From Paraspadella gotoi (taxonomy: Eukaryota > Animalia > Chaetognatha), in NCBI GenBank assembly GCA_051294375.1, contig CM119268.1:3437856-3501855 (forward strand): a DNA stretch of 64,000 bases, read 5' to 3'. The first letter of the stretch is position 1, and each line of letters begins with the position of its first letter. The position numbers were made by a program, and so were the translations under genes. Below the pieces are notes generated by a model, which was given only the letters and a program-made list of their open reading frames with translations, made no database searches and had not been told where the DNA came from. Positions 48,401 through 59,675 of this stretch are shown piece after piece.

Positions 48401-51400
48401 TCTGTCGTTTTGCCAGATAAAGGAGCGAAGTTTGGTTCACTGAAGTGTGAACGTAAGACATGAACTTGGCGATCGATTCGATGATGTCTTTCTGTAAATG
48501 AAAAAAAAATGCACAGCGATGAGAGCAATTAACTATTAGTTAATTTAGTTTTTACCGCGCAAAGTTCGATCTCCGACAAGAATCGTTTGCTGACGGAGAA
48601 GAGCGCCTCTTGCGGCCACTCGGAACCAGTCGATCATGGTGCAGTTGGTGACGGCGGAACTTCCTTCCCCGAACGCGGAGAGTGGAGCCGACGGGGAGAA
48701 GCAGAGATGACCTGGCAGTTGGAGTAGGTGGGGGTTGCTCTTTTGTTGACGAATTAGCCATATATTTCACTTTTTTTAAAAATTTTCATTCATCCGTCGT
48801 TTATTACATATTTTTATTATTGGTTGTACCAATTTCAAAAGTTCTTTTTTATTCTTTAGCCACAATTTATTCGTTATTTATTCATGCAATTATTCATTCA
48901 TTCATTCTTTCGTACATGCATTAAATTATTTATTTTTAAACGTGTTAATTAATCATTTTTAAACAGAATGAATGCTCGCTATAATTTTCATACGTATGAC
49001 AAAATAAATATCATTCATTAAATCTGGTAAGCTTTTAATTATCCAATCCATCCTATCCATTTATTCATCCATCAATTTGTCTATTTATCCATCCATCCAA
49101 TCCAATCCATCAATCCATCCATCCATCCCCATCCCAATCCAATTCCAATCCAAACCAATCCAATCTCACCTTTAACTGCTTCCTGACTCGTTCGATAAAG
49201 AACCTCCAACAGTTCTCTCTCGTATCCGTCATCCCCGCGTTCTTCACTTCGTTCCGAAGGCCGCCCACGATGTTCTCGACTTCGTCGTCGCGGGAAAAGG
49301 TCCGGGATTTCCCTGCGGGGGGGGAGCGCGGGGGCGCGGGGCAATTTTTCAAATATTGCTCAATGCTTAATCATTTATTAATTTTTTTCTCTCTCTCCTC
49401 TCTCTTCTTTTTTCAATGCTTTTTCAAGACTTAGAATCGACAGTCTGTGTTTTTGTACCGAATCAACCATTTTGCATTAGAAAAAAAAAACCCGCTTAAA
49501 TAATAAGGTTATCGAATAGTTAAAGTCGTGGTGGTTGCATCGAAAACTAACATATGTCAGGATTGAAATATTTGATTCGTTAAATTTACATTACATTTTA
49601 AAGCTAGACGACTTTACTCCGCATCGTGGAAGCCAACTCCAAAGTCTAATCTGTTATGTTATTATCTTGCCAAGTGTGATGGAGGCCTTAAACCACCAAA
49701 GCCTGTCCAAAAGTCAGGACAAAATAGCTTATTTATTAAATGCTATGCGATAATTTTATATTGGTTGTACCAATATTCATAATAGAATCCTTAATTTAGA
49801 TCAAGAGTCGAGCGAATGGAGGCTTTGTAATCAATTATCATCGTGATTGTAGAAAACGTACTTCAATTTTCTATGCCTTTTCGGTCATACGTCCAATTTA
49901 GTACAACGTTAGTTTTTGGAAGATTATTATTTTATAATTATTCGCATTATTAAAAAAACCCGTAGAATATTAAATTAAAGGGCAGAAGCTATTATGATTT
50001 CGATCATTGAAAGAAAATGTATCTAAAAGTGAGAATAAGGAAAATATTGACCTCAGCCGCTTCAATCACTCTGAATGATCACTGGTCAGTCATTTAATTG
50101 GACCGAGAGAAAGAGAGAGAGCGAGTCGTTGATATTTTCACAGTCATCCTCGATTTCAAAGCCGAAGCATAAACCGGAACGAGTTCGAGCAAACTCGATC
50201 TGAGTCCATCGTCTATTCTATTCATTATTCTCTTCGATTCAAACCCTCGCAATCCAGTTCCGCGTACATCCCACCCGGAATATCGCGACACTTAATTCTC
50301 CTCCATTTACTTCTTAAATCGATGTACGCGGGCAGCGAGAAGAGAACGAGGTCCAGCATCAAACAAACCATCTCTTTCTAGTGTTTAACCCGTTTTGTTT
50401 TTTAACCTTTTTGTGTTTTCGTTTCTGGATCTTTTTTTTTTCACTTTCTCTTTCTCTCGTAGATATTTTAATCCGTCCCGGTAACAACAATTTTAAACAA
50501 TTTAAATTCGCCGCGGTTATTGATAAACCCTAGGACGATCTTCGTCGATCATGGCGATACATTTCGAGTTGAATCATCTCTTCTACCGGTCGAAATGGTC
50601 AACCGAAACAAATTCAAAGGCTCGCAACTTCCAGACTTTCTTAGCATCAATAATTATTACGCGGAATCCACGCGCGGTTTGGCTGATGAGACTTTGANNN
50701 NNNNNNNTTTTTCGAAGGACGAGTTGATTCCCGAGTTTTCGAAGTAGTCGCCGCTCGTCCTGCCGCCAACATATCTTGCAGCGGATTTTGCTTCTCACAT
50801 TCCGTTGTCTCAGTCCGGNNNNNNNNNNNNNNNNNNNNNNNNNNNNNNNNNNNNNNNNNNNNNNNNNNNNNNNNNNNNNNNNNNNNNNNNNNNNNNNNNN
50901 NNNNNNNNNNNNNNNNNNNNNNNNNNNNNNNNNNNNNNNNNNNNNNNNNNNNNNNNNNNNNNNNNNNNNNNNNNNNNNNNNNNNNNNNNNNNNNNNNNNN
51001 NNNNNNNNNNNNNNNNNNNNNNNNNNNNNNNNNNNNNNNNNNNNNNNNNNNNNNNNNNNNNNNNNNNNNNNNNNNNNGTCAAAGAGGCTTTGAGTAAAGT
51101 GGTAGCGGGGAAATTGGGGTGAAATCTTTGTCCTTTTTTGGGAGCGGAACCGAAATTTTCATTTTGGAGACAATGTTTAAGTAAAAACGTTAATAATAAG
51201 CTGCCATTTATTGAAAAGTTGTATTTTTATCATCGTAAATAAATTGTCAAAAATAATATCAAGTCTAAGCAATTTTCATTTTCACTGTTTTCACTGTTAA
51301 CGACATAATCTCATGTTTAACAAGAATTTATTAAGTACTGTATTAAGTACAATCTCATTTTTATTAAGCACTCTTAGCGAGAACTGATAGTCGAATTAAT

Positions 51401-54258
51401 GACATAATTCCAGCTTTAGCAAGAACTGATAGACGAATTTATGACATAATCTCACCTTTAGCGAGAACTGATAGATGGGGTTGATGATGTTGAGGTCGTT
51501 GATGATGAAGTACAATAGCGAAGCCCTGGAGGCGGCGAGACGGTAGTGCTCTCTCGCTTCGTTGATCTGAACCTCCGTGACTTTGGCTTCGGCCACTTTC
51601 ACCTAAGAGGGATGAGTGGAAACTGTGAGAAATATACTTACGCTTCTCTCAATTTTAAGTGTTAAATGATTTTATTTATATTAATATTTATTAAATTCTC
51701 GTCAGTCAATTCTATTTTACGAAGTGAAACATTTTTTTTCTCTTCCAAATTGTCTTTTTTTTTGGTTCCAATGATTCAATTTAACATTTCACCTCGATTT
51801 CCGACGCTGTTCTTTTGGTTGTCTCTAGATTTTCCACCAGCGCCGTGTCTCCTAAAAAGTTGCCAGAGGCCGCTGAGAGCCTCGAAAGCAGCGAGTCCTG
51901 CGAAAGAAAAAACAAAAGGCATCCAGTGAAGAAATCAAAAACTCGTTTGCAAGAGTAAAATTTTCCTAACCTCCAATGATTTCAGCGTAATCTTGAATTC
52001 GTTCTGTTGCCTCGTCAAGTCTTTCTTCAACTTTTCCAAATCGGGCCGCTCCTTCGCCACGACCTGAAGGAAATTGGCGAAAAGTTTCACTGTGAAACAA
52101 TTTACAAAGCAGCTCAAGTGAAAAAAAGGCCTTACCTCAGCTAACAGTTGATCTTCTAACCCGTCCCGAGTTACAGTGAAGTTAATCAAAGTAGTTTGAG
52201 CCTGAAAAACAGTGAACGTCAGGAAAATAAAAGCAAAGAATTGACGCTGTTTAAGGGCAAAATCTTTGATAATATTCGTCCCTACCTGCATTTCTGGTTT
52301 GTAGTGAGGATTAGCCAATTTCGTGTGAAGAATAAGTCTAAAGGTGGAGCAGTACTCAACCTAAAAAACAAGGAAGAAGAAGCATTGTTAAGAATTATAC
52401 CCAAACTAACATTAACAAATATTTCATATTTCAACATCAATGTCCCCCACCTCTTTGTCGCCCATCTTGATGGCCTTGCCCTTCTTGATGGTGTTCCTTC
52501 CGAGCAGCGGCTCCAGCACTGGGTCCACGGACTCCCCGATGTTTTCGAGGAGCAGGACCTCCCCTTGAGTCACCGCACGCTCGATCCGGTCCATGTAGCC
52601 TTTCTGGCCCAGTCGGATGACGACCTTTTTTTTGAGGGAGAATCAAATAAAAAAAAAAACAAAAAATCAAAAAATCATTAATTAATTTAAGAATCAAAGT
52701 AAAATAAAAGCACCTATGATCCTTTGGCTTCAACTATCAACTTGTTTGAGAATGATCATTCAATCAATCAAAGCAGAATTACAAGGACTATAAGCATAGA
52801 CAATTAAAAAAATCGACAAAAAAAGCGCCAGTAATTTCAAAACCCCCTCAACTCGCATAAAAACCCAATAATAAAAAATAAAAAAAACAATAATAAACGC
52901 CCAACCAGTGACATCTGGCAACCAATCAATCAACCAATCAGAACGAACCAAAGCGTCGCCGTATTTGTTCTTGATCCATTTGACTCCTTGCAACTGGGGA
53001 TCGATCATGAGTCCCCATCTCTCGCAGTTGCTGAGAATCGTCGCGTTTTCGATGGACATTCGGTCGGACGGAAGACCTGGACATCGATGGGATGTGGAAG
53101 GGGGGGACGTTGTTTGAGGGTGTGGAGGGACCGGGGAGTTTTGACAGTGCGTGTGCGGGTCGTTAATTGAGTTTAGAAGCGGTACTTACGTCGCACGGTC
53201 ATTTCATACAATTTCTTTCAATTTATTTCATGTTTCCAGTATGTTAAATTTTTGAAAAAAATTTTCTGTTGCTAAGATTAATTATTCAGATCATATCAAT
53301 ATTGATATAATTAATCAAGAAATTAATTATTCGTATTGATCAAACGCCGGCGCGAATTATAAAATCAACTGTGCTGTCCATTTCCCTGAGCCACTGTGTA
53401 CCTTCGTTGTTCCACGACGCGATGTCAGCGTCGTCCGTTAGCATCGTCAATGGATCCAGATTTTCAGTCATCGGTATGGGAACCTGAAGCAGATTACATA
53501 TCAACAACGAAATAAATGCAACTATTATATATTAACAGTTTCATTATGCACGGTTTTCCCAATAAATGACAAAACTGTCAAGATTCGGGATTCAGGAATG
53601 GTATAATATATCCCAACTGACGATTTTTCGAATAAATCTTTTGAGTTATTTATATAGTTGCATGTCTAAAGCTGCCAATGCCTTGCAAGGTAATCTCGCT
53701 GTAAAAGCTTCCCTGTCAGAGCAAATGTCTTAGCTTCCATATATACACCGTTCTCGTTTTACAATTTTAAGTTCGTCGCAATTTTAATTTATATAAGAGA
53801 AAAAAAAAATTTTGATTTCGAAAGACAAATGCCAAAAATCTCTACAATATGTAAATGGAGTTATGAAAATTCATTAGTTGGTCGCTCTTCTCAGAAGTTT
53901 CGTCATCGACATTTTAAGCCGGACAATCACTTTGCTTACTTAAAAAATAATTTGTCAGGCCAATTTTGTTCTTTACATTAATTGTATTAATATTATATTA
54001 AATTCTGCTTACTTCCAGCTTCATGTAAAACGGGAGCCACATTTTGTACATGAGGTCTTGACGATACGATTTCGTGAAGCAGCCCATGTAGGATACAAAG
54101 GCCGTGATTAGAAGAATATCTCCTGGGAGTTTCGTTTCCTGATGTGAGAGAGAAGAAGAGAGAGAGAGAGAGACAGAGATATATATATATATATATATAA
54201 TGATTTTATAACAAAACAATATTAATACAACGAAACCGGTACCACAAAAAAAAATGAC

Positions 54259-54351
<93 letters not shown>

Positions 54352-57300
54352 TGCTTCTTCAAATCTTGCACGCTCTCGGCCCATCTGACGTTCTCGGACG
54401 CCAGCCCCCCGACAAGTCGGTTCGCCAACTGGATGGTTCGTTGCGTGTTGTCGGCCTCCTCCTGGCAACGGATCTTCTCTGCCGTCGCCTTCTCGAAGTC
54501 GGCCGTCAGCTTGGCCAGGACGTCTTCGAGGTCGCAGATCTTGGCCTTTTTAAAAAAGGGGTGGGAGGGTATTTAGTATTTTGAGACAACAGGCGAACAG
54601 TTTAGCCATAAAAGAAGGGAATACAGGGAATGTTCATCAGTAGTCGAAACTACAAGACTGAATGTTAAAAGACACCGGAATTTTTCATACTTTGATCCCT
54701 CAGATATATATAGTCACAAATTTCACATTCAACGGCTGAAGAATCGATGAAGTTAATAACATCAAAGGACAAAATCAATTCGGCTATGACTGCCGCACAT
54801 GGACTTCCTGTTTCTCATACTAATCGATCGCTAGGTGATTTCGTAAATTGTTACAAAAAAAAATATGAAAAATAAAAAAAAACGGAAATTCGGTAAAAAA
54901 CTGAAATATGTAAATGATATTTACGCGTCAATCCAGCTACGACAGGTCCTTACTTGGATCATGGCGAGCTTCTCCTGCGCGGCTGCCAGCTCCGCGTTGG
55001 CCGCCTGCAGAGCCAGCCGCTTCGGCTCGACGTCGCAGTAAACTTCGTAAAACTTTATTATGTTGATAACCTGAATAATTAAATTATTATAATTTATAAA
55101 AACCTCATATTTAAATCTACGAAACAAAAACAAACCCAGAATATCGGAAAATCGGCCGATGAATATTAAATTGCACAACTAATCCTACATCGCATTTGAT
55201 TAATCAGAAACTTATTTAAACTGAACATGTACGAAAGAAATAGCCTCGTAAAACCCGATCTCTCACTCGGGGGCCAGTTTGGCTCACCCAAGAACACATG
55301 CCGGCGGCGGCGGTGGACTTGGCTTTGATGAACTCTGGATCAAATTCTGGGTCGTCCAAGTACGGCCGAATCGCCTTCAAACAATTCTCGTGGACATTCT
55401 CTTTGTCGTAGTTGATTAGGGCATCTAGGAAGGCGTCCACTTTACCCATCATTCCTAGAACCCGAAAAGGGGGGGGGGAGATTTTCACGTTTTTAAAAGT
55501 ATATAAGTGAATGATTAATTTCTGGAAGAAACAATTTAAAATTATAAATATTTGTTCGTTCACTACTTTATTGATATAAAAACAGTAAATCTTTCATTCA
55601 TTACTTCCGTCAGTTTTTAGTTTCTGCATTCGTCCCTTAATTAATTCTTTCATTCATTCACCAATTCATTTATTCATTCATTGACTCTTCAGTTTATTTT
55701 AATTCCTAATTGATTCCTCGTTTCATTCATTAATAATAATTCACATTCTCCCCTTCTTTCTCCCTCGTCCACCTTTGGCGGCTTTCCAACTTCTGTCCTT
55801 CGGAATTTTGCCACCAGGGGCCAGCAACACCATCACTCCGCCAGTGACGTTGACGACGGCGGTCGGGGGAGAGCCGAATGACTTTAGCTCCGTCAGGTTG
55901 TTCTGGAATTAATGAACAAAAGGACATCATGAGGACTGAATAAAATAGAAAAAAAAAAGGACCAAGGGCTTGAGAATTGATGAATGACAAAAGGACAAAA
56001 CGGGGAAGAAAAATGTTTATTGACAAAAGAAGAGATTGAAAAAGAATAAAATATCTAAAAAAATAAATGGTATAATAAAATTAGCTAAATATTCGAAAAA
56101 AATTTAAAATTACCATTAGACTCAAATTGACAAATGTCATATGAAATAGGATAAAATATGGCGAAATGACAAAAACTTATCAACGTCAAGCAGTTTTGCC
56201 CGGTCTGTGTCTAAGCTTTAAATTTCTCTTTCCAATCCCTCCCATTCATCCATTCCGCCCCCAACCCCCTTCCAGCCCCCAACCCCCCCCCCACAACCTT
56301 GTTGAGCGTGTCGAGGGCTTGGTTGGCCGCGATGAGCGCCGGTTCCGCTTTGGCCAAATCCTGTTCGCAGTCTTTCTGCTTTTTGGCCACCTCCTCGGCG
56401 ATCATGTTGCACTTTTGTTCTTCCTGTTGTCAGGGGTAGGGATGATTATAACTGTTGTGGTGACGAGAGAATTAATAATTTGTTGCGATGTTTTGTAAAG
56501 AGACATTAGTTTTCGAACAATCAAGAAAATCAATAAAAAAAAAAACACCAGAAAAAAAAACAAAAACAAAAACAACAAACAAATAAAAAAAAAACAAATA
56601 TCATACGAAAATAAAAAAAAACGAGCAAAGAAAAAAAAACAAATGAAAAAATCTAAAAACAAACAAACAAACAAAAATATTAAAAAGAAGTGATGGAAAG
56701 TTAAAGAAAGTCCACCTGATCGGCAACTTCTTTCTCTTTGGAGACTTTTTCCGTTTCTTGGCCCACAATCTGAATTAGAGCATCGGCTTGTTCGTTTTTC
56801 GCTTTCAGTTCAATTTCCTGTAAAGGAAATTAAAACGCGTTTTCGTTACTGGGCGTTTAAAGAATCAAAACAGCCTACTAAAATTTCATTTAATATAAAC
56901 AAAGGATTAGGTAGGTCCTTCTCTCATCTCACCCTAAAGTACAATAGGATTCCCACCCTCGTAAACTCACCTGCACGGCCAATTTCTCCTTGAGGTCGTC
57001 GACCTGCACAGCAGTCGTGCGAAGTTTTTCCAACCCATTCTCTAAGCGCATAACTTTCCCGTTCAGTTCCGCGTGTTTCTTATCCAGCAGATTTTGGTAA
57101 AGTTTTATCTGAACGAGTATTTGTTAAATACATTATATAAACTATCCGTTCATTCCATAACTAAGCAATCTTGCTAAGTAAGGGCCTCCATCCCTCTAAC
57201 TAAAAAATGACACTGCTCAACATTGCCCAAAAAAAAATGGTTTTAATAAATTACGAAATTTTACTTGTTCTAAAAATGATTTCGGCGTAGTGTAGTTGTA

Positions 57301-58217
57301 ACGTCTGTCGTTTTGCAGATAAAGGAGCGAAGTTTGGTTCACTGAAGTGTGAACGTAAGACATGAACTTGGCGATCGATTCGATGATGTCTTTCTGTAAA
57401 TGAAAAAAAAATGCACAGCGATGAGAGCAATTAACTACTTAGTTAATTTAGTTTTTACCGGCAAAAGTTCGATCTCCGACAAGAATCGTTTGCTGACGGA
57501 GAAGAGCGCCTCTTGCGGCCACTCGTGGAACCAGTCGATCATGGTGCAGTTGGTGACGGCGGGGAACTTCCTTCCCCGAACGCGGAGAGTGGAGCCGACG
57601 GGGGAGAAGCAGAGGATGACCTGGCAGTTGGAGTAGGTGGGGGTTGCTCTTTTGTTGACGAATTTAGCCATATATTTCACTTTTTTTAAAAATTCATTCA
57701 TCCGTCGTTTATTACATATTTTTATATTGGTTGTACCAATTTCAAAAGTTCTTTTTTATTCTTTAGCCACAATTTATTCGTTTATTTATTCATGCAATTA
57801 TTCATTCATTCATTCTTTCGTACATGCATTAAATTATTTATTTTCTAAACGTGTTAATTAATCATTTTTTAAACAGAATGAATGCTCGCTATAATTTTCA
57901 TACGTATGACAAAATAAATATCATTCATTAAATCTGGTAAGCTTTTAATTATCCAATCCATCCTATCCATTTATTCATCCATCAATTTGTCTATTTATCC
58001 ATCCATCCAATCCAATCCATCAATCCATCCATCCATCCATCCAATCCAATCCAATCCAAACCAATCCAATCTCACCTTTAACTGCTTCCTGACTCGTTCG
58101 ATAAAGAACCTCCAACAGTTCTCTCTCGTATCCGTCATCCCCGCGTTCTTCACTTCGTTCCGAAGGCCGCCCACGATGTTCTCGACTTCGTCGTCGGGGA
58201 AAAGGTCCGGGATTTCC
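26011..58217 (-). CDS. DNAH9/11/17: axonemal outer-arm beta-type dynein heavy chain, 3' half (AAA4, stalk, AAA5, AAA6, C-terminal domain); multi-exon span, 5' part outside the window
   Basis: Many GT-AG exons translate to hallmark dynein segments: [96 protein letters not shown] and a C-terminal [26 protein letters not shown] typical of the beta/DNAH9-11-17 class. Frameshifts and duplicated exons look like assembly errors. Confidence 0.95.
26421..26664 (-). mobile_element. solo LTR of the twister-bearing element in the last dynein intron
   Basis: Reverse complement begins TGTGGCGGTATATTCACACCGCC and ends GGCAACCCGGCTGTTGCCAT; small internal deletion; TSD not clean (CGCAA near both ends). Confidence 0.8.
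26473..26552 (-). ncRNA. type-P5 twister ribozyme-like motif within the solo LTR
   Basis: Minus strand reads TTGGC-AAA-GCGA-GA-CCG-TCCTAGGG-TAA-CCGC-CCC-AGTGAC(TGGATGC)GTCACT-G-AGGG-TCGGAAGC-CCCC-AAA-GCCAA. The T1 pseudoknot CCG/CGG is intact; the T2 triplet is CCC rather than GCC. Confidence 0.65.
26838..26989 (-). CDS. DNAH9/11/17: dynein heavy chain penultimate exon
   Basis: [22 protein letters not shown]...[13 protein letters not shown] (internal indel errors); AG/GT boundaries. Confidence 0.9.
27717..29587 (-). CDS. DNAH9/11/17: dynein exon cluster (~27717-27900, 28259-28424, 28807-28985, 29259-29397, 29468-29587)
   Basis: [18 protein letters not shown]; [21 protein letters not shown]; [15 protein letters not shown]; [28 protein letters not shown]. 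Confidence 0.9.
29806..30722 (+). repeat. inverted copy of ~33636-34570, including a frameshifted copy of a dynein exon (~29993-30182)
   Basis: gacacattggaaatgtgttctcgcgaggtggag... is the reverse complement of 34200-34391; the segment ends at an N gap. Confidence 0.85.
33068..33635 (-). repeat. second, noisier direct copy of ~29030-29625 (two dynein exons)
   Basis: Near-identical text, e.g. cccgggaagccgggggccaagtacagctcgccctccaac, with many 1-nt deletions. Confidence 0.85.
34200..39604 (-). CDS. DNAH9/11/17: dynein AAA6-region exons (34200-34391, 35559-35743, ~35849-35900, ~36008-36123, ~37151-37188, 37543-37707, 39484-39604; others hidden in gaps)
   Basis: [43 protein letters not shown]; [17 protein letters not shown]; [19 protein letters not shown]; [15 protein letters not shown]. 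Confidence 0.9.
37968..38701 (+). mobile_element. non-autonomous mini LTR retroelement (TRIM/retrozyme-like) with a twister-like ribozyme in each LTR
   Basis: Direct repeats 37968-38219 and 38452-38701 (TGTG(G)CGG...GTTGCCATA). PBS-like TGGTGAGCCC at 38223, 3 nt after LTR1. 232-bp internal region with no recognisable coding capacity. Flanks AATT/AGTT versus a single ATTT at the empty site. Confidence 0.8.
38572..38652 (+). ncRNA. type-P5 twister ribozyme-like motif in the 3' LTR (noisier twin at ~38091-38168 in the 5' LTR)
   Basis: GTTGGC-AA-GCGA-GA-CCG-TCCTAGGG-TAA-CCGC-TGCC-AGTGAC..GTCACT-G-AGCG-TCGGAAGC-CCCC-AG-GCCAAC; predicted cleavage between U38598 and A38599. Confidence 0.65.
40586..42188 (+). 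CDS. intronless membrane-anchored CoA-dependent acyltransferase (condensation-domain/alcohol acetyltransferase-like), nested antisense in a dynein intron
   Basis: ATG 40586, N-terminal hydrophobic helix, [27 protein letters not shown], catalytic FHHAIVDG (HHxxxDG) and a C-terminal SNWG. The 3' half is disrupted by a gap and indels, so the end is approximate. Confidence 0.8.
42531..49313 (-). CDS. DNAH9/11/17: duplicate set of dynein AAA4-stalk-AAA5 exons (copy 1, error-rich)
   Basis: Same exons as 51456-58217 with extra indels. Confidence 0.8.
51456..58217 (-). CDS. DNAH9/11/17: dynein AAA4-stalk-AAA5 exons, cleaner copy (e.g. 58076-58217, 57459-57620, 54351-54545, 52451-52624, 51456-51602)
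   Basis: [23 protein letters not shown]; [35 protein letters not shown]; [20 protein letters not shown]; [32 protein letters not shown]; canonical splice sites. Confidence 0.92.
57950..58070. repeat. (ATCC/ATCCA)n microsatellite (copy at ~49040-49165)
   Basis: Visible run beside the dynein donor site. Confidence 0.8.
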
Positions 58218-59675
58218 CTGCGGGGGGGGAGCGGGCGGGGCGGGGCAATTTCAAATATTGCTCAATGTAATCATTTATTATTTTTTCTCTCTCTCTCTCT
58301 CTCTTCTTTTCAATGCTTTTTCAAGACTTAGAATCGACAGTCTGTGTTTTTGTACCGAATCAACCATTTTGCATTAGAAAAAAAAACCCGCTTAAATAAT
58401 AAGGGTTATCGAATAGTTAAAGTCGTGGGTGGTTGCATCGAAAACTAACATATGTCAGGATTGAAATATTTGATTCGTTAAATTTACATTACATTTTAAA
58501 GCTAGACGACTTTACTCCGATCGTGGAAGCCAACTCCAAAGTCTAATCTGTTATGTTATTATCTTGCAAGTGTGATGGAGGCCTTAAACCACCAAAGCCT
58601 GTCCAAAGTCAGGGACAAAATAGCTTATTTATTAAATGTATGGATAATTTTTATATTGGTTGTACCAATTTCATAATAGAATCCTTAATTTAGATCAAGA
58701 GTCGAGCGAATGGAGGCTTTGTAATCAATTATCATCGTGATTGTAGAAAACGTACTTCAATTTTCTATGCCTTTTCGGTCATACGTCCAATTTAGTACAA
58801 CGTTAGTTTTTTGGAAGATTATTATTTTATAATTATTCGCATTATTAAAAAAACCCGTAGAAATTTAAATTTAAAGGGCAGAAGCTATTATGATTTCGAT
58901 CATGAAAGAAAATGTATCTAAAAGTGAGAATAAGGAAAATATTGACCTCAGCCGCTTCAATCACTCTGAATGATCACTGGTCAGTCATTTAATTGGGACC
59001 GAGAGAAAGAGAGAGAGCGAGTCGTGATATTTTCACAGTCATCCTCGATTTCAAAGCCGAAGGATAAACCGGAACGAGTTCGAGCAAACTCGATCTGAGT
59101 CCATCGTCTATTCTATTCATTATCTCTTCGATTCAAACCCTCGCAATCCAGTTCGCGTACATCCCACGGAATATCGGACACTTAATTCTCCTCCATTTTC
59201 CTTCTTAAATCGATGTACGGGGCAGCGAGAAGAGAACGAGGTCCGAGCATCAAAACAAACCATCTCTTTCTAGTGTTTAACCCGTTTTTGTTTTTAACCT
59301 TTTTGTGTTTCGTTTCTGGATCTTTTTTTTTTTCACTTTCTCTTTCTCTCGTAGGATATTTTAATCCGTCGGTAACAACAATTTTAAACAATTAAATTCG
59401 CCGCGGTTATTGATAAACCCTAAGGACGATCTTCGTCGATCATGGCCGATAACATTTCGAGTTGAATCGTTTTTAAACATCGAAACGATTTCACGGTCGT
59501 TCAACATGCACGTGTGATAGCAAGAGATAAATGCTAAATAAGCAGGTAATTAATGATCGAATTTTTATGTCTTATCAAAAACTTTTTAGTTATTATGTAT
59601 GCATTTAAATGGCTATTTTAGGGTTTTAATCAATAATGACACGAAACCTATTTTTAAATAAGATTTTAATTTCCA

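Larger units (their letters stand above)
41560..59468. repeat. ~9-kb direct tandem duplication (~41560-50575 and ~50590-59468), probably an assembly or haplotype artefact
   Basis: Colinear near-identical exons and introns; copy 1 has more frameshifting indels; N gaps lie beside both junctions. Confidence 0.9.

Noticed and set aside
26011-58217. Dynein pseudogene interpretation because of frameshifts
   Set aside because: Indels differ between duplicate copies while amino-acid motifs and splice sites are well conserved, which is typical of read errors.
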